A stretch of DNA of 64,000 nucleotides from Clostridiales bacterium (lineage in GTDB: Bacteria; Bacillota; Clostridia; Oscillospirales; CAG-272), in contig JAAVYP010000061.1 of NCBI GenBank assembly GCA_022791195.1, positions 12,732-76,731 of the forward strand, read 5' to 3'. Every line of letters starts with the position of its first letter. The first letter of the stretch is position 1. This document shows positions 54,897 through 63,833 of the stretch, one piece after another. The translations under genes were made by a program, and so were the position numbers. The notes under the pieces were generated by a model. It was not told where the DNA came from. It ran no database searches and saw nothing but the letters and a program-made list of their open reading frames with translations.

Positions 54897-56783
54897 TTAT
54901 TTGGATTCGGCGTTGTTTGCTTTGCGTTTTGTGTGCGCGAGGAATAAAAAGAGGACAGCGCCTAAAATAAGCAGTGAACCGGCTGTATAAAAGATAATCG
55001 TACCCATACCGCCGGTGCGGGGCAGCGCAGCGCCGGGCATGTTAAAGACAGTGGCAGAAACAAGACCGGTGACAATATTGGCCGCGTCGCTGTTGACCGA
55101 GAAGACGCCGTCTGTGTTTTCACCGGCGGCGAGTGCCAGAGCCGTTAAAGCGTGTGCTTCCGTATCGGCATTGCCGGTGAGCGTGGCGGTCATGGTAAAG
55201 GGAATAGGTGCCTTAATCAGCTCAAAGCCGTCTAATGTTTTCGTCTCTTGCAGGCAATAGCTGCCTTGATCAAGTCCTTTGATGATAAAATGACCGTCTT
55301 TGCCCGAGGTCAATTCAATTGCATCGTCGATGCTGTTTACCCATTCGCTGATGGTTAAAGTGCTTGTGGCTTGGTCAAAGGTTCCCTTGGCCCATACATA
55401 GCCGCCGGTGGCAGCTGTTTTGCCGAGCTTAAAAGTAACTCCTTCCATGGTGTCCTGCGATTTACCGTTTTTCTTAGTAACGTCTAACTGATAGGTAAAT
55501 ACAGTTGCTTTGTCTGCAATGGTTGTACCAGTGCGCTGTGCGGTTTCGCCGACAGCTTGTGTATTGGGGTCGTTTGAATAAACTAAGACTGCGCTGTTTG
55601 CATTGCCGGCACCGCCAACGACTGCTTTTGCGTTTAGCGCAGCGTTGTAGATGATTTCAATACGGGCGTAGCGATTGAGCGCGAAGTCATTGATTTTAGT
55701 ATCAAGCTCTTTTAAATCAGAAAGATCTACGCTGAGTACATTATTATTGTCTGCCGGTTTGATAATTTGCGCGTTTGCTGTTACTTGCTGTTCAGTCAAT
55801 GTATAGACTGTTTCAGTGCCTTTTCCGTCATCGCCATAGGTGTAAATTTTAATGGATGCAATGTCTTTATAGGTGATGCCGGCCGGCAGCGTATCCTTGA
55901 ATTGATATGTATATTCGTTATACTTGTCATAATCGCCGGGCAGGGTACCGGTTAATGAATATTGAATGTTTTCACCGATTGCATAGTCGGCCACATTGTT
56001 CCAAGCGGTGCCGTCATATACTTTTTTGGTCAGAGTGGGGACGTCTGTTTTCACGGGGGTGACAATGCCAGGCGCGCTTACACGCATCAAATAACGGGTT
56101 TTAGCCTGTCCTGCGCCTATATTGCTGCCGGTTTCCTTGACAAAATAGTAACCCGCTTTTGATTTTGAAATGGTGATGACATAATTGCCTTCTTGATAGC
56201 TTGAAACAGCTGTCGGAATTTTCAATACCTGTGGGGCGCTGCCTATAATATCGGCAAAAACCTGAATGGCCTGTGAGTCGCCTGTTAATTCGTTGCGGCC
56301 GGCCAAATCTGTGTTATAGTACGTTTTTAAAATGTCGGCTACGGCCTGCGCAGCAGCCTTGGAAGCTGTTTTTTCAGCTGCTGTTGTTGGATTTTCAACA
56401 AACGCAGGAATGTTTTTGAAAAGTTCTTTTAATGTGGTTGTTTTTCCTGTTTTATCATCGCCGTTGGGGCTGCCATCTGCTGTAACAGCGGCTGCAGGCA
56501 CGGTGATATCAGATGCTTTTAAGGCTTGAACCAACCGAAAACCGTTGATGCCTTCGCCCCAATCAATGTCCGCCAAGGTTTTGGTTGTGGGATTGATGGT
56601 GCCAGAGAAAACCTGGTAAGCGCTGAATTGATGGCTTGCGTCTAACTGATAGGTATCTGTGCTGGTAATGGTGATGGTAAAGTCGCTCTCATCTGCAGCA
56701 CTGATGCCAAACGAAAAGGGCAGTACTAAGAGGAGTGTGAGCACAAAGGCTGCAATTTTGAGTCGCTTTGTTGATTGTTTCAT
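54897..56783 (-). CDS. LPXTG-anchored major (backbone) pilin, SpaH/EbpB-like isopeptide-forming fimbrial subunit
   Basis: Signal peptide, HQFSAYQVFSG N-domain motif, E-box YCLQETKTLDGF, C-terminal LPRTGG plus TM helix plus KRK. Start at the ATG after AAAGGA. Confidence 0.75.
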   Translation of the reverse strand: MKQSTKRLKIAAFVLTLLLVLPFSFGISAADESDFTITITSTDTYQLDASHQFSAYQVFSGTINPTTKTLADIDWGEGINGFRLVQALKASDITVPAAAVTADGSPNGDDKTGKTTTLKELFKNIPAFVENPTTAAEKTASKAAAQAVADILKTYYNTDLAGRNELTGDSQAIQVFADIIGSAPQVLKIPTAVSSYQEGNYVITISKSKAGYYFVKETGSNIGAGQAKTRYLMRVSAPGIVTPVKTDVPTLTKKVYDGTAWNNVADYAIGENIQYSLTGTLPGDYDKYNEYTYQFKDTLPAGITYKDIASIKIYTYGDDGKGTETVYTLTEQQVTANAQIIKPADNNNVLSVDLSDLKELDTKINDFALNRYARIEIIYNAALNAKAVVGGAGNANSAVLVYSNDPNTQAVGETAQRTGTTIADKATVFTYQLDVTKKNGKSQDTMEGVTFKLGKTAATGGYVWAKGTFDQATSTLTISEWVNSIDDAIELTSGKDGHFIIKGLDQGSYCLQETKTLDGFELIKAPIPFTMTATLTGNADTEAHALTALALAAGENTDGVFSVNSDAANIVTGLVSATVFNMPGAALPRTGGMGTIIFYTAGSLLILGAVLFLFLAHTKRKANNAESK

Positions 56784-56812
56784 GTTTTTTCCTTTCAAAT
56801 TAGGGTGTTCAT

Positions 56813-59800
56813 TTATTTCATAAAACTTGTGTAAGCTTTATAGACTGTGTTTTTTTGCCGCTTTCTCATGAGCAGCCAGCAGGCTGCCAGTAACAGACCG
56901 CCGGCGATGAAGAAGAGTGCCGTACCGTTTCCGCCTGCTTCGGGCAGACGATCATTATATGTGTTGGTAAACGTAACGGTTTGGTCTTTATCGGTTAAAA
57001 GGCCGCGTCCGCTGTCTGCTGTGGTGGTAATATAGCCGGCGGTGTTGGCCTCTTGCTCGGTAATCTGATATGTGGTACCGTCAGGCAGATCTTTGATTGT
57101 AATGCGCTGTCCGTGCCTCAGGGTAAAGGTTGCTTCGCCGCTGTTGTTGAAGATGAGCGTTCCGCTTGGCGGGGCCTGCACCCCGTTTTCGGCTGATTCA
57201 CCGGTAAACTGATACGATGAGGCGAGTGTACCGCCCTGCGGAGCCGTTAGCTTGATGGTAAAATGCCAATCTCGGCTAAGATCGGCCTGATAGCCTGTCA
57301 CTATTTTTTCAATGGACAGATTCTTCGGGGCGATTTTCGCATTTACATATAAAATGTGGGTGTCAACCGCTTCTTCAGCGGAAAGCAGACGGCCGGTTGC
57401 TTGCTGATAATGCGCATACTCACCTCCGTCGGCCGCTGTTAACACACGGGGGCGGTAACCAGCCGCGCTGGCCGCATCCTCTGTAATCTGGTAATACGTA
57501 CCTTCGGGCAGACCAGTTAGCACAAAGGTTTGATTGTGCTTTAGCTGTATGCTTTCGCTGTAAGAACCATCCGCATTCGCCGTGGGGGTAAATTCACCTT
57601 GTTCGCGGTCATATAAAAGACCGGTTTCGGGATCCGGTTCACGAACGAGATAGGGATAAAAGGGACCGAACGGCTCACCTTTTGGCGGTGTTAACGTAAT
57701 ATGAAAGGTGAATAATTGGTTTTTGACCGCCTCGGCGGCTGCCGTGTCATCCCCCTCTAAAGCCGGATCGTCAACCTGTTTGGTTATTTTGAGAACCGAC
57801 TCAGCCGGGTTGTTGGTGATGACTACCGTATTGACCAAGCTGAACATATCGGTGATGTCCATGCCGGTGAGGTTGTCCTTTGCTGCAAGTGAGCGATAGG
57901 GGTCTGTAGGATCGTCATGTACGACATAATTTTGTGCAACAGAGGCTCGGATATAACCGGTATCTGTGACAAAAAAGGGAAGACCACCATCGGTCAGAGC
58001 AAGATCATCGTCATGCAGACCGTAATCGGTCACCTGGTTGATGCCATAATGCAGGTGCAATGACTGATTGCCCCGGTCATCTAAAGCGCCGTTCTGCCAT
58101 CCGGCCGGGTCAAATCGACCGCTTGTCTGTTTTTGCGCAGTGGCGGTAATGTCGCGCAGGGTGATATTAACATCGCCGTCAGAGGCATACTTGCTCATCG
58201 TTTGCACGAGTTTTCCGACGCCGGCGTAGACGAGCACGCCGTCGTTCTCTTGACCGGCATCGGCATAGATGCCGTAATTGCCAACTGAGATGGGAACAAT
58301 GGTTTCATTGACTGCGTAAGCGGCATGCGGCGCTTTGATTTCTTTTAAATAATAGACGGTATTGTCTGCCGCGTCTGCCGGCCAGTCCATATGTGCATAG
58401 CCGCTTGCCGTATCGGTATGAGAGGTGGTAAAGATCAGCGTACCTCTCATCGTACCTACTGTAGCCGTAGTACCAGAACTAAGCGCTTTGCTATAGTCAG
58501 CCAGCGACGCAGCTTTGGCGTCTTCTTCATTGGCAAACAGGGCAAAGAGAGCGCCGTCCAGCGGGTTGCCGTTTTCATCTACCTTTTGTACTCTGAATTC
58601 ACGGTGTTCATTGGGAATATAAATGGTGGAGCGAAACTCTCTTGTAAAGTCATCTGTATTCAAAAGGGTGATGCCGGCGCTGCTGGGCGTGTTATCAGTA
58701 GGTGAAACCCTGTAAATTTGTTCGATTAGATTTCTTAATGCGGCATCATCGGTTTGTGAAGCGTTGAGATGATAATTGTTTCTTAAAATTTGCTGCAGGG
58801 CAAGCACCTTTGCTTCATCGTCCATCGCCGAGGAATTCAAACGGAAAACTTGCTGCAATGCGTTAGGATCAATTAGGAAATAGATCATCTGCATATCGTA
58901 ACCATCTGCAATTTCGTTGTTGCTGTTTTTAAGCCGATAACGCTCTGCATGGCCCGGCAGATCGGAAAGAGTTCCTTCTAAAATATTCTTGCTGTTGTTA
59001 TAGGTCAAATACCAGTCTGGTGAGTTTTCGTGGGCAAGCTGCAGCAGCGCGGCTGCCAGCAGGTTTTTACGAAAGCTTTCAACGCTATTGCCTTCATACA
59101 GTTGCACCGCAGAAAAACCGTTTGTGTTATCCCCGTAAAGAGGATTAAAGAGCGAGCTATCTGCTGTTTTCAGCATAGGAACGGCTAAAATCAAGCCGTT
59201 TTTCTGCACTTGTTCACTGACATGATATCCCGTTTGTGACTCAACCGCTTTCGTATCGGGTTGGTAAAGTCCATAAGGTACATCGGCAGATTTTGCCGCA
59301 ATGTGGCTGACAAAGCTGGAATAAGCGCCGACTTGGTACCGGTTCATGACTTTTAATAAACCAGTGGTATCGTCATACCATAAAATAATATCGGCGGTCA
59401 GTGACCGGTATCCTTCCGGCACACCCGTCTCCTTTAACACATAATAGGCTGAGGAACGGGAAGCAAAATCAAATGGGTCGCCATCGGCATCAAAGAATCC
59501 GGCGATACCATTTTGGTCGGTAGTCATGGTGGATAACACATTTGCACTAACGCCCGCCGGATCAACAGCGGTAATCCATGCATGATCTTGTGTAAAATGA
59601 AGACTGTCGGCATCATTGACTGCATGCAGTTCAAATTCAGCGCCGGCTACGGGATTGCCTGAATAATCAACCTTTTTAATCTGATGCACATAGATCGGCT
59701 GCAAATTAAATGAGGTGGAAAAGTTAGAGGCCCAGCCGCCGCGCTCTAAATAGAACATTTTAAGTGTGTGCGTCGTGCCGGAGGCAAAGGTTTTGCCGTC

Positions 59801-60979
59801 TGCGGATAATTTTGTTGTTACGCCTGCCTTGGTAAAGGCTTCCGGCAGGGAGGTGGTGCTGTGTGGTTTCGTAGAGTTGTTGGTGTAATAGGTAACAGCA
59901 CCGGTTTCAAAATTGATCGTAAAAGTATTCGCATCGTGCATACCACCGAGGTCAGCGACTAATACATCGTCAATAAAGAGCCATACGTCATCATCACCCG
60001 AAAAGGAGAAGAACATGGATTCGCCACTGTCGCCAAAACCAATTTTTCCATTATCGGGCTGCTGGAATTTTGCTTCAATCGTCATACCGAAATAGTGGTT
60101 GAGATTTTCGCCGTATGTCGCAGCACCTGCTGAGGAATCTTTGCCGTATCCGGCTTTTTGAATTGCCTTTTGTGTGTAGACGCCATTTTTTTCTGTAAAT
60201 AGCTTAGACCAGGTATTAAAAGGAAAAAATTGTCCTTCGTCCGGTGCGTCCTCGTTGCCAATCCACGGTTCTGTATACAGCGTGAAGCGGTTGTTGGTTT
60301 CATCTAACTCTGCAAAAGCTTTTCTGGAATCAAAAAAGTAATTGCCTGTGGCGTTATCAATTTGAAACAGGCCTGTTACGTTTGCAAATGATTCCTTATA
60401 ACCAGTATCCATGTTAGGATCAAACAAATAGGCAAGCGATTCTTTTGCATTAAGATTGGCACCATAGTTGAAATAGCTATAACTATTGCTCCACCTTGAC
60501 GGCGCAGTAATGTTCAGCGTTGGGTAGCCGTTTGTCAGTTTATTGGCTACCAGATTTTGTCTGGCAAGATAGCCAGAACTAGCCTTTCCAATATATGTGT
60601 TCCATGTGTCTACTCTGTCATCTGCATCATTCACACCGCTTCCGTTGCGGAACAATAAATAGTGGCCATAGTTTATGCCGGCCTGGTGAACACTTGTGCC
60701 AGGATCGGTCTGATTCAAGTCCTTATAGGTTTTATCAGGACTCCAGTCGTTGGCACGTCTGCTTTCTTCATTATCGCTTCCCCATGTCCAATAGTCAAAC
60801 ATGTTGACGCTTACGCCGTCTGGGTCAACAGCGTGCAGCTTGTACTGCGATGGAACATCGTCGGCTGCTAAAGTCTCTATACCATCTTCCGAGAAAATGG
60901 CAGTGTTTGGACCGGATAAAAGCAGAACTGCACTTAAAAGCATGGCAGAGATTTTTTCATGCTTTTTTCTTGGTTTCAT
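56813..60979 (-). CDS. Pilus tip adhesin candidate: PA14-like fibro-slime domain followed by multiple Cna-B/SpaA-type domains and an LPEAG sorting signal
   Basis: 1388 aa. Signal peptide, FSFSGDDDVWLFIDDVLVADLGGMH motif, several YxLxE(T)xxPxGY E-boxes, LPEAGG (56933-56947) plus TM helix plus RKRQK. Confidence 0.8.
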   Translation of the reverse strand: MKPRKKHEKISAMLLSAVLLLSGPNTAIFSEDGIETLAADDVPSQYKLHAVDPDGVSVNMFDYWTWGSDNEESRRANDWSPDKTYKDLNQTDPGTSVHQAGINYGHYLLFRNGSGVNDADDRVDTWNTYIGKASSGYLARQNLVANKLTNGYPTLNITAPSRWSNSYSYFNYGANLNAKESLAYLFDPNMDTGYKESFANVTGLFQIDNATGNYFFDSRKAFAELDETNNRFTLYTEPWIGNEDAPDEGQFFPFNTWSKLFTEKNGVYTQKAIQKAGYGKDSSAGAATYGENLNHYFGMTIEAKFQQPDNGKIGFGDSGESMFFSFSGDDDVWLFIDDVLVADLGGMHDANTFTINFETGAVTYYTNNSTKPHSTTSLPEAFTKAGVTTKLSADGKTFASGTTHTLKMFYLERGGWASNFSTSFNLQPIYVHQIKKVDYSGNPVAGAEFELHAVNDADSLHFTQDHAWITAVDPAGVSANVLSTMTTDQNGIAGFFDADGDPFDFASRSSAYYVLKETGVPEGYRSLTADIILWYDDTTGLLKVMNRYQVGAYSSFVSHIAAKSADVPYGLYQPDTKAVESQTGYHVSEQVQKNGLILAVPMLKTADSSLFNPLYGDNTNGFSAVQLYEGNSVESFRKNLLAAALLQLAHENSPDWYLTYNNSKNILEGTLSDLPGHAERYRLKNSNNEIADGYDMQMIYFLIDPNALQQVFRLNSSAMDDEAKVLALQQILRNNYHLNASQTDDAALRNLIEQIYRVSPTDNTPSSAGITLLNTDDFTREFRSTIYIPNEHREFRVQKVDENGNPLDGALFALFANEEDAKAASLADYSKALSSGTTATVGTMRGTLIFTTSHTDTASGYAHMDWPADAADNTVYYLKEIKAPHAAYAVNETIVPISVGNYGIYADAGQENDGVLVYAGVGKLVQTMSKYASDGDVNITLRDITATAQKQTSGRFDPAGWQNGALDDRGNQSLHLHYGINQVTDYGLHDDDLALTDGGLPFFVTDTGYIRASVAQNYVVHDDPTDPYRSLAAKDNLTGMDITDMFSLVNTVVITNNPAESVLKITKQVDDPALEGDDTAAAEAVKNQLFTFHITLTPPKGEPFGPFYPYLVREPDPETGLLYDREQGEFTPTANADGSYSESIQLKHNQTFVLTGLPEGTYYQITEDAASAAGYRPRVLTAADGGEYAHYQQATGRLLSAEEAVDTHILYVNAKIAPKNLSIEKIVTGYQADLSRDWHFTIKLTAPQGGTLASSYQFTGESAENGVQAPPSGTLIFNNSGEATFTLRHGQRITIKDLPDGTTYQITEQEANTAGYITTTADSGRGLLTDKDQTVTFTNTYNDRLPEAGGNGTALFFIAGGLLLAACWLLMRKRQKNTVYKAYTSFMK

Positions 60980-61160
60980 TAATTGCCTCCTTTATAATAT
61001 CGTTCGGATGGCTTGCAAAATGTTTGTGCCTTGTCGCTATGAATGAAGGAAAATACAGAAATAAAGTGAAAAATTGGATTTATTACAATATATTGGATTT
61101 TCTACATATTTTTTACAAACACAAATAATGGAATTAGTACCATTGTAAGTCATCCAAAGA

Positions 61161-61189
61161 ATGATATACCAAAAAGCGCTTTTTGTCAA
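61161..61189 (-). promoter_or_regulatory. Candidate sigma-A promoter of the pilus operon
   Basis: Minus strand TTGACA-17 nt-TATCAT, about 175 nt upstream of the tip-adhesin start. Confidence 0.45.
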
Positions 61190-61354
61190 GGCATAGATCA
61201 TCAATTCATCTATTTTTATTCGACAAAATTTTCTATTAATTTTTTTATGTTTTTGTGGGTAAATAAGCGAATGATTTGCGTTTTAGATTATTATATAATT
61301 AGGAAAGCAATGTATTGTGATAGGATAAAACGTAGATAAAACAATTCAAATGGT

Positions 61355-61407
61355 AAAAAAATCCACTTTTGCCACTGTATTACGCAGCACAAAAAAGTGG
61401 ATTTTTT
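61355..61407. terminator. Bidirectional hairpin/terminator
   Basis: AAAAAAATCCACTTTT...AAAAGTGGATTTTTTT. Confidence 0.6.
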
Positions 61408-61424
61408 TAACTTATCATTTTGCT

Positions 61425-61461
61425 ATAAAAACACCTCGCTGATTCAAAAATCAGCGAGGTG
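61425..61461 (-). terminator. Intrinsic terminator after the GH31 gene
   Basis: Minus strand CACCUCGCUGAUU-uuug-AAUCAGCGAGGUG followed by UUUUUAU. Confidence 0.85.
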
Positions 61462-61506
61462 CTATACCGGTCATACTGGTTGTTCGGACAAACAGACAGG
61501 TCTTAT

Positions 61507-63033
61507 TTATGCATCAATGCGGGTAAAAACAGGTATCCGTCCGAGCGGTGCCGGTACGGTGATTGTTGTGCCGCCCATGTAAATGGTGCCGTCCTCGGCT
61601 TTCCAGCTGCCTTCGGGCAGTGCCACCTGACGTTCGCTTGTTCCTTTGGTAACACAAGGAGCCACCAGCAGATTGTCGCCTAACATAAACTGGTCGTTCA
61701 CGCCAGCAAGGCCTTGACCTGGGAATACATATTCCATATGCCGCACAGCCGGTTCACCGGTTTTGGCCGCTTCGCGCACAAGCTGCATAAGCACAGGCAG
61801 ATATTCTTCTCTTTGTTTCATCAAATCTTTAACTGCTGCGTAATGCTCTTGGTCTAACACACGCCATGGAGCGGCCGAAAATTGAATCATAGGCAGCAGG
61901 GTTGAAGCACCGCAGTACCGTACAAACAGTTCGGGGTCAAACTGTTTCGCGCCGGGCAGAAAATCGGCAAAGGAGCCGCCGCCCACCATATCAGGACAGC
62001 CGAATGCGTAGCCTAACAATCCCTGCATAATGGAATTGGGCAGCACTGCGCCGAGTCCGCCGGTGTTCCAAGAATGGCCTTTATCGCAAAGACGCTGAAC
62101 CAGCGGCAGACCTGCGCAGCCATAGCAGGCGCGGTATTCGTTATAGGGATATTTTAAACCGAATTTTGCCCACAGCTCGGTTTGGCCTGTCGGCAAAACG
62201 GGTGCGTATGTTTTGCTGTTCTCGCCATAGAAGCCTGCGTCGCCGGCGTCAAACTTAAAGCCGTCTACGCCATATTCTTTGACCAGATATTCGGTTTGTT
62301 CTTCAAACCAAGCAACATCGGCCGGATTGGTAAAGTCCAGCACGGCTGAGATGCCATTCCACCACCATGTATAGCAGGGTTGTTCGGTATTAGGATCGCG
62401 CACAAAGCAGCCGCGCGCGCTAAGATCGCGGTATTCCGCGCTGTCCAGCGAAACAAAGGGGCAAATCCACATAATGACTTTAAAGCCAAGCGCATGCAGT
62501 TCATCCATCATGGCCTTGGGATCTGGGAATTTCTTACGGTCAAAGTCCCATTTGCCATAATAGTTGCTCCATAAATCGTCAATCATGATAACACCGGGTT
62601 TGATGCCTTCAGCCACGGCGGTTCTCGCATAATTGAGGATGTCTTTTTGATTTTGGTCATAAATCAGTTCGATCCATGTATTGAGCTGAGGACTGGTGAA
62701 AAATTCTTCGGGCGGCAGGACGCCGTTGGCCGGAAAATGCGCTTTAGCTGCTGCCAAAAAGGCGCCGCGCAGGTTTTGTCCATCGCTGTAAAAATCAATC
62801 GTTCCTGTTTTGGAGGTGACATCCATTGATCCATTGCTGATTACAGCGGTAAAGCCGGTGTCGCAAAAGATATAACGGCCGGCCGTAGAGAGCATAAGCG
62901 GATTGGTTTGGTTCCCGCAGGTGCAGGGCTCAAGGCAAATGGTTTGGTTGGCTGTTTCGTCGAAGGGGTAGTTAAAGCCGTTGATAACCTCAGGCCCGAA
63001 CCACTTTTCGCCCGGCAAAAAATTAATTTTCAT
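61507..63033 (-). CDS. Glycoside hydrolase family 31-like enzyme (alpha-glycosidase, specificity unknown)
   Basis: 508 aa. MIDDLW, FPDPKAMMDELHALGFKVIMW, LDFTNP, VDGFKFDAGD and CPDMVGGG follow the GH31 motif order. Confidence 0.65.
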   Translation of the reverse strand: MKINFLPGEKWFGPEVINGFNYPFDETANQTICLEPCTCGNQTNPLMLSTAGRYIFCDTGFTAVISNGSMDVTSKTGTIDFYSDGQNLRGAFLAAAKAHFPANGVLPPEEFFTSPQLNTWIELIYDQNQKDILNYARTAVAEGIKPGVIMIDDLWSNYYGKWDFDRKKFPDPKAMMDELHALGFKVIMWICPFVSLDSAEYRDLSARGCFVRDPNTEQPCYTWWWNGISAVLDFTNPADVAWFEEQTEYLVKEYGVDGFKFDAGDAGFYGENSKTYAPVLPTGQTELWAKFGLKYPYNEYRACYGCAGLPLVQRLCDKGHSWNTGGLGAVLPNSIMQGLLGYAFGCPDMVGGGSFADFLPGAKQFDPELFVRYCGASTLLPMIQFSAAPWRVLDQEHYAAVKDLMKQREEYLPVLMQLVREAAKTGEPAVRHMEYVFPGQGLAGVNDQFMLGDNLLVAPCVTKGTSERQVALPEGSWKAEDGTIYMGGTTITVPAPLGRIPVFTRIDA

Positions 63034-63114
63034 GTTACTGTGTTGACATTCGCTTATGCGAAGTCTCCTTTCTTATTTTTTAGCGCAAAAGCGCTATAGA
63101 ATCGTGGAGCAGGG

Positions 63115-63453
63115 TTAGCTCATTGTTTCAGAGAGTTTCCGGCCGCCGAGCAGGTGGAAATGCAGATGATGCACTGATTGGCAAGCATCATCGCCGCAGT
63201 TGGTGACAATGCGATAACCGCCGGTTAAGCCTTGTTCTTTGGCGATAGCAGGGATTTTGGCGAACAGATGGGCAATCACTGCGCTGTTTTCGCTGTTTAC
63301 TTCATCAGCGCTTGCTATATGCGTTTTGGGAATGATCAAAACATGAATAGGCGCCTGCGGATTAATATCGCGGAATGCGTAGATCAGCTCGTCTTCATAT
63401 ACTTTATTTGAGGGAATTTCTCCTTTAATAATTTTACAGAATAAACAATCCAT
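63115..63453 (-). CDS. HIT-family (histidine triad, Hint-like) nucleotide hydrolase
   Basis: CLFCKI...VLIIPK...HLHFHLLGG. Confidence 0.9.
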   Translation of the reverse strand: MDCLFCKIIKGEIPSNKVYEDELIYAFRDINPQAPIHVLIIPKTHIASADEVNSENSAVIAHLFAKIPAIAKEQGLTGGYRIVTNCGDDACQSVHHLHFHLLGGRKLSETMS

Positions 63454-63520
63454 GGGTATGCCTCCGAATTTTGTTTTATGTAGTATAGCATAGCTGAAAA
63501 TTTAATTCAATAGTTTTAAA

Positions 63521-63549
63521 TTGACTTTTTTCAGATAATACTATATAAT
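63521..63549 (+). promoter_or_regulatory. Sigma-A promoter for the DUF1858 gene
   Basis: TTGACT-17 nt-TATAAT. Confidence 0.6.
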
Positions 63550-63583
63550 GGATAAAAAATAATAATCAGGAGGCTGATAAATC

Positions 63584-63784
63584 ATGGTAGTAACAAAAGA
63601 TTCAATCATAGGCGATGTGCTTGATTACGATCAGGGAACGGCTGAATTTTTCTTTGAAATCGGCATGCACTGTTTAGGCTGCCCGTCTTCAAGAGGCGAG
63701 AGCATTGAGGCAGCCTGCATGGTTCATGGTACCGATGCGGATGAACTGATTGCTAAAATAAACGCTTATCTCAGCAAAAAGTAA
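63584..63784 (+). CDS. DUF1858 (hybrid-cluster-protein-associated redox disulfide) small protein
   Basis: 66 aa. IGDVL......FFFEIGMHCLGCP...ESIEEA pattern. Confidence 0.75.
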   Translation: MVVTKDSIIGDVLDYDQGTAEFFFEIGMHCLGCPSSRGESIEAACMVHGTDADELIAKINAYLSKK

Positions 63785-63793
63785 AGAGACAAT

Positions 63794-63820
63794 GGCGGGG
63801 TTTTTACTCCGCCTTTTCTT
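63794..63820 (+). terminator. Intrinsic terminator
   Basis: GGCGGGG-ttttta-CTCCGCC followed by TTTTCTT. Confidence 0.8.
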
Positions 63821-63833
63821 GAAGGTGAAAGTT

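Noticed and set aside
60980-61160. c-di-GMP (GEMM-I/II) riboswitch upstream of the pilus tip adhesin.
   Set aside because: GGCACAAAC and UUGCAAGCC vaguely recall the GGCAAACC / ACGCAAAGCC cores. The two-hairpin architecture and the GNRA/receptor elements are absent, and the leader is very AT-rich.
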